From: Oscillospiraceae bacterium
Lineage (GTDB): Bacteria > Bacillota > Clostridia > Oscillospirales > Ruminococcaceae
DNA length: 64,000 nt
NCBI GenBank assembly: GCA_051882725.1
Contig: JBJESJ010000149.1
Span: 142-64,141 of the forward strand
Direction: 5' to 3'
A program made the position numbers and the translations under genes. Positions 28,865 through 37,863 of the stretch are shown piece after piece (position 1 is the first letter of the stretch; each line of letters begins with the position of its first letter). The notes under the pieces are model-generated. The model searched no databases. It was not told where the DNA came from and worked only from the letters and a program-made list of their open reading frames with translations.

Positions 28865-29653
28865 GTGAACGCCGTGATTGCCGATATTGCCGAAAAAGAG
28901 GTGCAGTCGGAGGATATGACGGAGCTTTTCCGTGTTTATAAGGAAACGGGAGATATTGAAGTCAGAAACAGACTTGTTCTGTATTATATGGATATCGTCA
29001 GATATGCTGCCATATCTACAAGGAATATGTATCAGAAGTACGCCGATACGGAGGATATCGTCAATGAAGCGACGATCGCCCTGATGAACGCAGTGGACAG
29101 CTTCGATATCGGGAAAAATATAAAATTCGAGACCTACGCTTCTATCAGAGTGAGGGGCGCTGTGATAGATTATATCCGCAGACAGGATATTATCCCACGG
29201 AATGTGCGCAGATTCGCACGGGAGTACGATAAGGCGTATTCCGCACTGTATGCGCAGCTTGACAGGGAGCCTACTGCGGCGGAGCTTTCACGGCATATGG
29301 GCTTGTCTGAGGAAAAGCTGGAAAGCTTTGCGGCAAGGTCTGCGGCAGCACAGACGCTCTCCTTTGAGGAATTGGTCTTCGAGGGCGGGTATGATATCCC
29401 CGACAGCGAGAAAAACAGCGACGGCTGGCAGCCCGAACAGCGCCTTTTAAACGGCGAAATGCATGGCATGCTCGTCAAGGCGGTGGATTCTCTCGGAGAA
29501 AGGGAGCGGCTGGTCATTTCGCTCTATTATTACGAAAAGCTGAAATATTCCGAGATAGCCGCAGTTATCGGCGTTTCGGAGTCCAGAGTGTGTCAGATAC
29601 ATTCGGCGGCTGTCTCTAAAATGCGGAGGAATCTTGAGGGATATATGAAATAA
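28865..29653 (+). CDS. fliA: Flagellar sigma factor FliA/SigD (sigma-28 family); start uncertain (GTG 28865, GTG 28874 or ATG 28916)
   Basis: IVNEATIALMNAVDSFDIGKNIKFETYASIRVRGAVIDYIRRQD (region 2); C-terminal LKYSEIAAVIGVSESRVCQIHSAAVSKMR (region 4 HTH). Confidence 0.88.
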   Translation: MNAVIADIAEKEVQSEDMTELFRVYKETGDIEVRNRLVLYYMDIVRYAAISTRNMYQKYADTEDIVNEATIALMNAVDSFDIGKNIKFETYASIRVRGAVIDYIRRQDIIPRNVRRFAREYDKAYSALYAQLDREPTAAELSRHMGLSEEKLESFAARSAAAQTLSFEELVFEGGYDIPDSEKNSDGWQPEQRLLNGEMHGMLVKAVDSLGERERLVISLYYYEKLKYSEIAAVIGVSESRVCQIHSAAVSKMRRNLEGYMK

Positions 29654-29688
29654 GCTCCAAATTGCAGAAAAAAGTCGCTGATAATCTA

Positions 29689-29717
29689 TTGACGAACAGT
29701 AAAAAAAGTGTTATAAT
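29689..29717 (+). promoter_or_regulatory. Near-consensus sigma-A promoter upstream of flgF
   Basis: TTGACG (29689-29694), 17 nt, TGtTATAAT (TATAAT at 29712-29717). Confidence 0.6.
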
Positions 29718-29753
29718 GATTGTGTGTAAAAAAATTTAACGGAGGCGGACAAG

Positions 29754-30509
29754 TTGCTCAGAGGATTCTATACTTCGGCGAACGGTATTATAAACGAAAA
29801 CCGTATACTTAACGTTATTTCAAATAACCTCGCAAATGTAAAGACTGCGGGCTATAAGACCGATACGGCGATCCCGACGACTTTTGCCGACAGTCTGCTG
29901 CTTATAAGAGGACAGCATTCCGAAACGGGAACTATCCGCTACAGGACTTTGCAGGATACATATACTTCCCTTGAACAGGGTACTATGGAGGAGACAAATT
30001 CTTTCCTTGACTGTGCTATCGTGGGTCCTGTGTACTTTAATATAGAACGCTATTCCGACGGCGAGGTGCTGCTTACCAAGGATGGTCAGTTTTCCATAGC
30101 CGACGACGGTGACCTTGAGCTTGGCAATATAGGCAAGGTCCTCGACGTGAACGGAAATACTATAAATCTCGGAACGGCTGACTTCAATATCGGCGAACAC
30201 GGACTTATCACCACCGCCGACGGAAGGACCTTCCAGCTTGGACTTTCCTATATAGAGGATTATACCGATGTGGAAAAGGTGGCGGATAACCTCTTCCGTC
30301 CCTATGAGAACGCCCCCCGCGGCGATATCCCCGATGATGTGGAGTATTCGCTGAAGCAGGGCTGGTATGAACGCTCTAATGTGGATATCGCAGATGAAAT
30401 GACAAAGGCACTCGATGCAAACAATATTTTTAAGGCAAACGCACAGGCGCTCCAGATAATGAACAGCATTAATCAGATAGCCTGCAACAATCTTATGAAA
30501 CGCGGATAA
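29754..30509 (+). CDS. flgF: Flagellar basal-body rod protein, FlgF/FlhO-like
   Basis: TTG start after GGAGG; LRGFYTSANGIINENRILNVISNNLANVKTAGYK; C-terminal SNVDIADEMTKALDANNIFKANAQAL. Confidence 0.8.
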   Translation: MLRGFYTSANGIINENRILNVISNNLANVKTAGYKTDTAIPTTFADSLLLIRGQHSETGTIRYRTLQDTYTSLEQGTMEETNSFLDCAIVGPVYFNIERYSDGEVLLTKDGQFSIADDGDLELGNIGKVLDVNGNTINLGTADFNIGEHGLITTADGRTFQLGLSYIEDYTDVEKVADNLFRPYENAPRGDIPDDVEYSLKQGWYERSNVDIADEMTKALDANNIFKANAQALQIMNSINQIACNNLMKRG

Positions 30510-30530
30510 TAGCCCGGGGAGATAATTATC

Positions 30531-31241
30531 ATGAGCAGAATAGGATATTATACTGCGGCATCGGCAATAATGAGCTTTCAGATAGGCATGGACGTTACGG
30601 GAAATAATATAGCAAACGTCAATACCAACGGCTTTAAGGCTTCAAGACCCGATTTCGCCGAACTTTTATATACCGAGAGAAACGTCGATGAGACCGTTCA
30701 GACCGGTCACGGCGTCAGGGTGGATAAGACTAACCTTATGTATGAGCAGAGCACTCTCCGCGAAACAGGCAGAGGTCTTGATTTCGCCGCTCTCGATGAG
30801 GGACTTTTCGCTATAGAGACCACCGCGGGAAATGTTGAATATACCAAGGACGGCTCCTTCTATTTCTATCAGGAGGACGGTACTCTCCGCGATTCTAACG
30901 GAGGTTATGTTCTCGATTATGACGGAAATCATGTGATGGTGCCTCTTATAGACGGAAATATCGACTACGACAGCCTTGCGGATATGATAGGCGTGTACCG
31001 CTTTGAAAATCCCTACGGTCTCGACCAGAAGGGGCTTAACTACTTCGCAGCCACCGCTTCCAGCGGAGAGGCGGTCTCTGACGAGACTATCAAGAAAAAA
31101 CAGGGCTATGTTGAGGCTTCCTCAACGAATATCGCCAATGAAATGTCGAAGGTCATCGAATATCAGCGGGCATTCCAGCTGAATACCAATATGGTCAAGC
31201 TCCATAACGAGCTTGAAGAGCGGATCAATAATCTCAGATAA
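30531..31241 (+). CDS. flgG: Flagellar distal rod protein FlgG/FlhP-like
   Basis: GMDVTGNNIANVNTNGFKASR; C-terminal SSTNIANEMSKVIEYQRAFQLNTNMVKLHNELEERINNLR. Confidence 0.85.
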   Translation: MSRIGYYTAASAIMSFQIGMDVTGNNIANVNTNGFKASRPDFAELLYTERNVDETVQTGHGVRVDKTNLMYEQSTLRETGRGLDFAALDEGLFAIETTAGNVEYTKDGSFYFYQEDGTLRDSNGGYVLDYDGNHVMVPLIDGNIDYDSLADMIGVYRFENPYGLDQKGLNYFAATASSGEAVSDETIKKKQGYVEASSTNIANEMSKVIEYQRAFQLNTNMVKLHNELEERINNLR

Positions 31242-31253
31242 AGCCGATAGGAG

Positions 31254-31886
31254 GTGCGCGGTTTGCCGCTGAACAACATAAATGAACTTAATGCCATGGA
31301 GCTTGACATTTTAAAGGAGATTGGAAATATCGGTCAGGGAAATGCAGCAAGCGCTCTGTCTGGCATGCTTAACGAAAAGGTGAATATCGCCGTTCCCAAT
31401 ATAAAGATACTCGATTTCAATGAGGTCGTTAATTTTCTGGGAGGTCCCGAAAATATAGCAATAGGTCTGCTGGTGGGACTGAGCGATACCATAAACGGCA
31501 TGATGCTCTGCATTATGCAGGAGCCGTTTGTTAGCCATATCATCAGGGCAATATTCGGCAATGATATCAGCGATATGACAAGTCTGTCGGAAATGGAAAT
31601 GTCCTTTGTGACGGAGGTGGGCAATATCCTTGCGGCTTCCTATGTAAATGCTATATCCTCCATGACGGGGCTGAATATCCAGATATCTGTTCCGCATATA
31701 TCCGTGGATATGGTGGGAGCTATACTCAGCGTGCCCGCTGTAGAATTCGCGCAGATAGGCGATAAGGTGCTGTTCATCGACGACAGCTTCATCATCGGCG
31801 ACAGCGAGATACAGAGCAATATGATACTCGTTCCCGAGCTTAAGTCACTTTCAACTTTATTTGCAGGATTGGGAGTAGAAATATAA
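31254..31886 (+). CDS. cheC: CheY-P phosphatase CheC (start could be TTG 31263)
   Basis: LDILKEIGNIGQGNAASALSGML and FVTEVGNILAASYVNAIS (duplicated CheC motif). Confidence 0.85.
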   Translation: MRGLPLNNINELNAMELDILKEIGNIGQGNAASALSGMLNEKVNIAVPNIKILDFNEVVNFLGGPENIAIGLLVGLSDTINGMMLCIMQEPFVSHIIRAIFGNDISDMTSLSEMEMSFVTEVGNILAASYVNAISSMTGLNIQISVPHISVDMVGAILSVPAVEFAQIGDKVLFIDDSFIIGDSEIQSNMILVPELKSLSTLFAGLGVEI

Positions 31887-32365
31887 TGGCGACCATAAAC
31901 GTTGGAATTTCAGATCTGAATATCGCCTTTGCACCCGACATGCTTGCGACCTATGCTTTAGGCTCATGTGTGGGGATATGCCTGTACGATCAGGAGAAGC
32001 AGCTTGCGGGTCTGGCACATATAATGCTCCCATGGAGCAAGGAGGCCTCAAATCCGGGGGATAATCCCTACAGATATGCCGATACGGGGATCACCGAGCT
32101 GGTTGCGAAGATGTGCGCAAAGGGCAGCAGCGTCAGCAGACTTACCGCAAAAATTGCGGGCGGAGCTCAGATGTTTGCCACAAGCTCGGCGGTGTTCAAT
32201 ATCGGCGACAGAAACGTGCAGGCGGTAAAAACAGTGCTCAGCACGTATAAGATACCGATAATAGCGGAGCAGACAGGCTCCAATTTCGGAAGAACGGTAT
32301 TCTTCCACAGCGATACGGGAATAATGGAGATAAGAGCAGCAGTAAAGCCTACAGTAATGCTCTGA
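31886..32365 (+). CDS. cheD: Chemoreceptor glutamine deamidase CheD
   Basis: TAATG overlap with cheC; ATYALGSCVGICLYD, AGLAHIMLP. Confidence 0.9.
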   Translation: MATINVGISDLNIAFAPDMLATYALGSCVGICLYDQEKQLAGLAHIMLPWSKEASNPGDNPYRYADTGITELVAKMCAKGSSVSRLTAKIAGGAQMFATSSAVFNIGDRNVQAVKTVLSTYKIPIIAEQTGSNFGRTVFFHSDTGIMEIRAAVKPTVML

Positions 32366-32366
32366 T

Positions 32367-32413
32367 GCGGACTTGTGTCCGCTGTGCAGGACGGCAGGCT
32401 CTGCTGCTTTTTT
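32367..32413 (+). terminator. Probable end of the flagellar/che transcription unit
   Basis: GCGGAC-ttgt-GTCCGC hairpin right after the cheD stop, then a short GGCAG/CTGCT stem followed by T6. Confidence 0.45.
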
Positions 32414-32447
32414 ATTATATTGATTTGCACTATGCAATAAACACAGC

Positions 32448-32486
32448 ACAAAAAATGCTGTACCGCTGTTATTATGGCACAGCATT
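32448..32486 (-). terminator. Rho-independent terminator for the minus-strand GNAT operon
   Basis: AATGCTGT (32454-32461) pairs with ACAGCATT (32479-32486). The U-tract on the minus strand corresponds to the plus-strand A-run at 32450-32455. Confidence 0.7.
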
Positions 32487-32538
32487 TCCGATGATCTGTA
32501 AACGGGCTGACTCCACAAATAATTGCACGATGCGAATA

Positions 32539-32961
32539 TCAAAGCAGCTCCTTTTCCATGCGGATATGGGGACAGTGCTCGTCCATGTACTGCTCGCCCA
32601 GCGGATGATAGCCCAGCTTCTCATAAAAGCCCATAGCCTGCACCTGCGAGGATAAGCCTGCCCTGTGACCTCCCAGCCTGCGTATCTCGTTTTCGGCGGC
32701 TGCCATTATCTCGGCACCGAGGTGTCTGCCGCGGTATTCTCTGCGGACGGCTATCCGTCCGATGACGTACTGCTCATGCTCTTCGGAGTAAAACACCCTG
32801 CATACCGCCGCGGGGGTATCGTTGTCGTACAGGACGATATGCAGCGCTTTTTCGTCGATATCGTCAAATTCGCCGACAAAGCCCTGTTCCTCAATAAATA
32901 CTTCCCTGCGGATATCGGCGCCGTCCTCAGGGAGACGCTTGAAGCATACGGTTTTCATCAT
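32539..32961 (-). CDS. GNAT-family N-acetyltransferase
   Basis: 140 aa; IGRIAVRREYRGRHLGAEIMAAAENEIRRLG...FYEKLGY (acetyl-CoA binding motif A). Confidence 0.85.
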   Translation of the reverse strand: MMKTVCFKRLPEDGADIRREVFIEEQGFVGEFDDIDEKALHIVLYDNDTPAAVCRVFYSEEHEQYVIGRIAVRREYRGRHLGAEIMAAAENEIRRLGGHRAGLSSQVQAMGFYEKLGYHPLGEQYMDEHCPHIRMEKELL

Positions 32962-33362
32962 TGCGCCTGTCTGCCCTCCTTAATAGCCTTCTCCTCGTCC
33001 GCCATGTGAGACAGCAGCTCGGGGAGGGTGAAGTTCTTGTTGTACTCGGTTATGACCGCCTTGAAGCGGACAGAGATATTATCCCTGCGCAGCGCATCAA
33101 GACCGCGGTCCAGAGCCTTTCTGTCAACGTTTGAGAAGATGATGAGCTCCTCTGCGATGATGTCCTCGGGAGCAGGGACGGCAGTTTCCCCGAAGCCGGG
33201 GAGCCTGAGCAGGGAGCCTATCCTGCCGCCGTAGTTTTCGCGGGGAGGCACCATGACCGATATCCCCGCCGCAGCGAGGGTCCTTTCGATAAGAGCCGCC
33301 TTTTCGCCGTCAATGAAGAACAGCGCTGCGCAGCTCTGAGGAAGTCTTACTCTTGCTTTCAT
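32958..33362 (-). CDS. Small conserved hypothetical protein (possibly DUF3783-like; family named from memory)
   Basis: MKARVRLPQSCAALFFIDGEK... begins at ATG 33362 after GAAAGGAAC. The ORF-track extension to 34328 is antisense to the deacetylase gene and is not credible. Confidence 0.55.
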   Translation of the reverse strand: MKARVRLPQSCAALFFIDGEKAALIERTLAAAGISVMVPPRENYGGRIGSLLRLPGFGETAVPAPEDIIAEELIIFSNVDRKALDRGLDALRRDNISVRFKAVITEYNKNFTLPELLSHMADEEKAIKEGRQAQ

Positions 33363-33428
33363 GATAGTGGTTCCTTTCATATTATCATTGCGATAAGAAT
33401 ATAATCTATTGTTATGAAGCTGTAAGGG

Positions 33429-34307
33429 GTGGTATGTATTTTTATCTGCAGAAAGATACCGAAGGCGCTGTATCCTGTGTTTGCAGTGGCTGTCGTGGCA
33501 TATATTTTCTACAAAAGCTTTGAGGTGCAGGCTGTGGACGCGCCTGTGACAGAATTTGCGGATATCCCCGTGCTGATGTATCACAGCGTTGCGGAGCGTC
33601 CCTCCATGACGGGGGATTATCTCGTGCTGCCCGAGACCTTTTACAGCGATATGAAGTATCTGCACGATAACGGCTATGAAACGGTGACCGCCGCCCAGAC
33701 TCTTGAATATGCGAAAAACGGCGGAGATTTCCCCGAAAAGCCGATAATAGTAACCTTCGATGACGGCTTTCTGAATAATCTGACCTATGCGCTTCCCGTT
33801 TTCGAGGAGTTCAACATGTGCGGCACAGTGAATATCGTGGGCAGCTACTGCGTGAAATCTGCGGAGTATGACGACCACAATCCGAATTATGCTTATCTTA
33901 CGAATGAGGAGATAATCGAGCTTGCGGAAAGCGGGCGCTTCGAGATAGGAGCCCATACCTACGATATGCATGGCATGTCGGGACGGCAGGGCTGCCGCAG
34001 GAACTATAACGAATCGGAGGCGGATTATTTCGCCGCCCTCACCGAGGACTGCCGTCTTGAAAACGAGTATCTGTTGAACGAGTGCGGCATGGTGACCGAT
34101 GTGTTTGCGTATCCCTACGGCTATATATCCAAGGGCAGCGGAGATATACTGTATCAGTGCGGATATAGAGTGCTGTTCACCTGTTATGAGCGGCACAATA
34201 TCGTAGAGCCCTGTTCCCTCGGAGAGAACGAGCCGCTTTATCTTGACAGATATAACCGTCCCTCGGGAATATCTACCGCAGAGTTCATGCGTTCGGCAGG
34301 AATATGA
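33429..34307 (+). CDS. Polysaccharide deacetylase (CE4-type), membrane anchored
   Basis: N-terminal TM segment; PVLMYHSV; IIVTFDDGFLNNLTYALPVFEEF. Confidence 0.8.
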   Translation: MVCIFICRKIPKALYPVFAVAVVAYIFYKSFEVQAVDAPVTEFADIPVLMYHSVAERPSMTGDYLVLPETFYSDMKYLHDNGYETVTAAQTLEYAKNGGDFPEKPIIVTFDDGFLNNLTYALPVFEEFNMCGTVNIVGSYCVKSAEYDDHNPNYAYLTNEEIIELAESGRFEIGAHTYDMHGMSGRQGCRRNYNESEADYFAALTEDCRLENEYLLNECGMVTDVFAYPYGYISKGSGDILYQCGYRVLFTCYERHNIVEPCSLGENEPLYLDRYNRPSGISTAEFMRSAGI

Positions 34308-34403
34308 TGCCTTTTCGGGCTTTCCCAATAGTATATATTATATCACCATAGATATAAAAAGTCAAACAAAACAATGCAAAATCACCAAAAAATAAAAATC
34401 CAC

Positions 34404-34432
34404 TGGACAAAAAAGCTTTTATATGTTATAAT
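34404..34432 (+). promoter_or_regulatory. Candidate sigma-A promoter for the lipoprotein gene
   Basis: TGGACA, 17 nt, TGtTATAAT (TATAAT at 34427-34432). Confidence 0.5.
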
Positions 34433-34485
34433 ATAATGTATTTAGTAAATAGGAAACAGGAAGTTATCTATGGAGGTAAATCCCA

Positions 34486-35850
34486 ATGTTGAATAAATCA
34501 AAATGCAGAAAGATCACCGCCCTGCTTGCGGCGGCAGCTATGACAGTCTCGCTGGCAGGCTGCGGAGAGGACACAATTTATATAGGAACAGCACAGGATA
34601 AGGACATTCCTTCGGGTCTGTACATCTACTATCTGATGAACGCTTACTACAGCGCACAGTCCTACATGACCGACACCGATACCGACGTTTTCGCGATTAC
34701 TATCGAGGAACAGCCCGCCCGTGACTGGATGATATCCACCGCAAAGAATGACCTTATGGAGTATCTCGCAGTGGAGCAGAAATTCGAGGAGTACGGTCTG
34801 GAGCTTACCGAGGACGAGACAGATGCCGCTAAGATCAATATCGACTCTATGTGGGAGTATTACGGCAGCGTTTACGAGGACTACGGAATTGCGGAATCTT
34901 CCTTCCTCAAGGCTTACGAAAACAGCCTTAAGGCAGATAAGCTCTTCGATGCGGTTTATGGCGAAAACGGAGAGCGCGAGGTGCCCGATAAGGACATCAT
35001 GTCTTACATGACCGAGAATTACGCACTTATCAACTATATTTCCATGAATCTGGTGGACGGCGAGGGAAATCTCCTTAAATCCGACGGCAAGGCAGAGCGC
35101 ATGGAAATGGCTAAGGATTATGTCGAAAGAGCCAAGAACGGCGAGGATTTTGATTCGCTGAACTTTGAGTATCTTGCATATGTTGATAAGCTTACAGCGG
35201 AAGCAGAGGCTGCAGCAGCTGCAGCTGCTGCAGAAACAGAAAGCGGTACTTCCTCAAATGAAATGATCATTGTTCCCAGCGACGCCGAGGAAATGGCTCC
35301 TGAGGAGGAAACAGGCGAGGTGACGAGCGAACCTTCCGAGGAGACCGACGCCGAGTCTGCTGAGGAAACATCAGACGAGACTGCCGGGGAGACTGCTGCC
35401 GAGACCACAGTGACCGAGGAAGAGACCTCCGAGGAGACCACTGCATTATGGGCAGGCGAGGAGATCGCCGAAGAGACTGAGAGTGATGTTCTTGAGCTTA
35501 TCGCCGATGAAGAGGTGGAGACCTCCTACGCAAGCAACAAGCAGGTCATCACCAAGGACAGCGAATATCCCGCAGCTATTGTCTGCGAGAAGGTATTCTC
35601 CGATATGGACGCAGGAGATGTGACTATCATCGAATCCGAGGACGGAGAGTATTATTACGTTGTAGAGAAGGGCGATCTTCTTGAAGACTCCGCATATTTT
35701 GATTCCGCAAGAGAATCGCTCCTTTACGAAATGAGAGAGGACGACTTTGAAGCTCTTAAGAAGGAATGGGTTGACAGCGTTAACTTCACCTTCAATGATA
35801 AGGCTGTCGAAAGATACGTTCCCGAAAAGTTCGCAGAGGATATCGAATGA
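34486..35850 (+). CDS. Lipoprotein with an acidic low-complexity insert; function unknown (possibly a SurA/PrsA-like chaperone fold)
   Basis: Signal peptide plus lipobox LAAAAMTVSLAGCGE; Ala8 run and an E/T-rich tract at aa ~235-330. Confidence 0.6.
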   Translation: MLNKSKCRKITALLAAAAMTVSLAGCGEDTIYIGTAQDKDIPSGLYIYYLMNAYYSAQSYMTDTDTDVFAITIEEQPARDWMISTAKNDLMEYLAVEQKFEEYGLELTEDETDAAKINIDSMWEYYGSVYEDYGIAESSFLKAYENSLKADKLFDAVYGENGEREVPDKDIMSYMTENYALINYISMNLVDGEGNLLKSDGKAERMEMAKDYVERAKNGEDFDSLNFEYLAYVDKLTAEAEAAAAAAAAETESGTSSNEMIIVPSDAEEMAPEEETGEVTSEPSEETDAESAEETSDETAGETAAETTVTEEETSEETTALWAGEEIAEETESDVLELIADEEVETSYASNKQVITKDSEYPAAIVCEKVFSDMDAGDVTIIESEDGEYYYVVEKGDLLEDSAYFDSARESLLYEMREDDFEALKKEWVDSVNFTFNDKAVERYVPEKFAEDIE

Positions 35851-35865
35851 TCATCAGCAATATTT

Positions 35866-36214
35866 CAGCGAGTAAGCTATGCGGTTGAACGCGTCCTGCA
35901 CGCGTTAGGAAAGTCCGGGCATCACAGAGCAGGATAGCTGTTAACGGCAGCCGAGGGCGACCTCAGAGCAAGTGCAGCAGAGATATACCGCCTGTCCTCA
36001 CGGGTAGGTAAGGGTGGAAAGGCGGGGTAAGAGCCCACCGGCGCAGGGGAGACTCTGCGGCCATGTAAACCTTATCCGATGCAACGTCTATTGGTACAGT
36101 ACGTCAATGTCTGCTCGGCAGGCGTGCTGTAATGACGGCTAAAGCGTTTCGGCGACGATTCGCTCAGATAGATTTCCGCACACGACAAAACCCGGCTTAT
36201 CGGCTTAGTCGCTG
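35866..36214 (+). ncRNA. rnpB: RNase P RNA (bacterial type A)
   Basis: AGGAAAGTCCGGGC (P4 5' strand), GTAAGGGTGGAAAGG, GGTAAGAGCCCACCG, ACAAAACCCGGCTTATCGG (P4 3' strand). P1 pairing is CAGCGAGTAAGC with GCTTAGTCGCTG. Confidence 0.9.
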
Positions 36215-36229
36215 ATCATAGCATTATAT

Positions 36230-36285
36230 CCCGTCCGCCGCTCCCTTTATTTTATTGGGGGTGTGCGGGCGGGGTTTTCTTTTTG
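36230..36285 (+). terminator. Rho-independent terminator after rnpB
   Basis: CCCGTCCGC (36230-36238) pairs with GCGGGCGGG (36265-36273), then GTTTTCTTTTT. Confidence 0.7.
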
Positions 36286-36830
36286 GTTAACAGTTGATGA
36301 TTATGAGGCGGTTACTTTTTGGCTTGTCATTCATTGTAAGGCGTTCACGGCTAATTTGGCTGACTAACTGCGTTAGTCGCCACCACGCGCGTGGGAGGAC
36401 AAACTTCGGGAAGAGACAAGCGGCTTACTCGTACCCCCTCCGAAAGATTAACTTTAAGTGCAGCGCCGATTTTCTCTCCACTACGTTTTTCCTCCCACAC
36501 CCACTTTTTCCTCTCCCCACTCTTTTTCCCCGCTCAAATACGAAAGATTTACCAATGCTCCGCTTACTTATAGTTTGGCGCCGACACCGGGATGGTCGGC
36601 GCAGGGGTGGTTTCATCGTTTCTGCAATTGTGGAAACGGAAATACTAACAACAGGCGGCTGACGGTGCCGCCGCCCAACTACTCCACCGCGGAACACGCG
36701 GGAAATCTTTCGCAGAAGATGCAATCTTCCGATGAAAACATACACCAGCCCCGATGATATACACAATTACAAAGCAGCCGAAAACAAACCGAATTTAATC
36801 ACAAGAACCGAAAAAGCAAAGAAACAAAAC
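36285..36830 (+). repeat. About 545 bp of non-coding sequence, probably a diverged member of the mosaic repeat family
   Basis: Starts with the heptamers GGTTAAC AGTTGAT. GTTCACGGCTAATTTGGCTG + palindrome GACTAAC-tgc-GTTAGTC + CGCCACCACGCGCGTGGGAGGACAAAC parallels GTTCGCCAGCCTTTCAAGGCTG + CCAAAGGGC-ggc-GCCCTTTGG + TCGC...GAAACAC at 58351-58425. Has an A/C-rich tail. ORFs here lack RBS or coding character. Confidence 0.4.
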
Positions 36831-36865
36831 GGCAGAAAGCGGGATAAGATCCTGCTTTCTGCCGT
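36818..36865 (-). terminator. Terminator of the minus-strand rsmD-coaD operon
   Basis: 12-bp stem ACGGCAGAAAGC/GCTTTCTGCCGT (36829-36840 and 36854-36865), followed on the minus strand by TTTGTTTCTTT. Confidence 0.75.
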
Positions 36866-36888
36866 ATGAAGAAAAACGGAGTTTTTCA

Positions 36889-37356
36889 TTACTTTTTGGT
36901 TTTGGCTTTGAGGGCGGCGTGGGTCCTTTTTACTTCGGAGAGGGAGGCAGTGAGGGTGGTCTCCGATTCGGTAAGTATGCTGTTTATGTAGTCATAGGCG
37001 GAGTCGCGGAGCATTTTGGTCTGCTTCTGCGCCTGCGATATGAGCTCGATACCCTGCTGACGTGCCTGTTTGGTTATCTCGTCGTTGGAGACGAGTATCT
37101 TTGCGCGCTCCTCGGCCTTGCGGACTATCTGCTCGGCTTCCTTTTTTGCGCCTGCGATTATGGCTTCTCTGTCGTCAAGAACGCGGTTGGCGTAGCTCAG
37201 CTGTTCGGGGAGAACAGCTCTTGCGTCCTTGATAAGATCTCTGAGCTGTTCGCCGTCAAGAGTTATCCTTCCTACGGAAAAGGGAACGGTCTTTGCCTCA
37301 TCGACCATGTCTTCAATTGCGTCAAGGATCTGTTCAATACTCGTGTTCATGTTCAA
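36889..37356 (-). CDS. Coiled-coil protein of unknown function (ATP-synthase b/E-like heptad repeats)
   Basis: 155 aa, AKKEAEQIVRKAEERAKILVSNDEITKQARQQGIELISQAQKQ; abuts the coaD stop with zero gap. Confidence 0.5.
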   Translation of the reverse strand: MNMNTSIEQILDAIEDMVDEAKTVPFSVGRITLDGEQLRDLIKDARAVLPEQLSYANRVLDDREAIIAGAKKEAEQIVRKAEERAKILVSNDEITKQARQQGIELISQAQKQTKMLRDSAYDYINSILTESETTLTASLSEVKRTHAALKAKTKK

Positions 37357-37857
37357 TTATCCTTTCGTATCAGTTATGCGCATTCTTTTTTCGATATCCT
37401 TTAGAATACATGCGGGAACGAAGCTGCTTATATCTCCGCCGAAGGAAGCGACCTGCTTCACAATGCTGGAGCTCAGATACATATTTTCCGCAGCTGTTGT
37501 AAGGAATACAGTCTCTGCGCCGCCGTACAGACGATTGTTCACAAGTGCCATCTGAAATTCGTACTCGAAGTCGGTGACGGCCCGCAGTCCCTTAACGATA
37601 GCGACTGCGCCGACCTTTTCCACATATTCGGCGATAAGTCCGTCGCAGATATCGACTACAACGTTGTCAAGATGACTGTCCTCGATGGTCTTGTGTATGA
37701 GGGTTATCCTTTCCTCCGGGGAAAACATCGGCTGTTTTGCCGCATTGGGCGCAACGGCGACGATGACCTTGTCAAAAAGCTTGCTTGCCCGTTTGAAAAT
37801 ATCCAGATGCCCCAAGGTAACGGGATCAAAGCTTCCGGGGCAGACTGCGATCTTCAT
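37357..37857 (-). CDS. coaD: Phosphopantetheine adenylyltransferase
   Basis: MKIAVCPGSFDPVTLGHLDIFKRA, GLRAVTDFEYEFQMA. Confidence 0.93.
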   Translation of the reverse strand: MKIAVCPGSFDPVTLGHLDIFKRASKLFDKVIVAVAPNAAKQPMFSPEERITLIHKTIEDSHLDNVVVDICDGLIAEYVEKVGAVAIVKGLRAVTDFEYEFQMALVNNRLYGGAETVFLTTAAENMYLSSSIVKQVASFGGDISSFVPACILKDIEKRMRITDTKG

Positions 37858-37863
37858 AAAAAA

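Noticed and set aside
28857-28884. A sigma-28-like promoter motif CAAA-16 nt-GCCGATAT overlapping the annotated fliA start (possible autoregulation, which would favour ATG 28916 as the start)
   Set aside because: The -35 element is imperfect (CAAA rather than TAAA). The motif lies inside the longest ORF, and ATG 28916 has a poorly spaced RBS. It cannot be decided without 5'-end mapping.
33363-34328. Upper part of the 456-aa minus-strand ORF 32958..34328
   Set aside because: It is antisense to a well-supported polysaccharide deacetylase gene (33429..34307). Only the last 134 codons (32958..33362) have an RBS and protein-like sequence.
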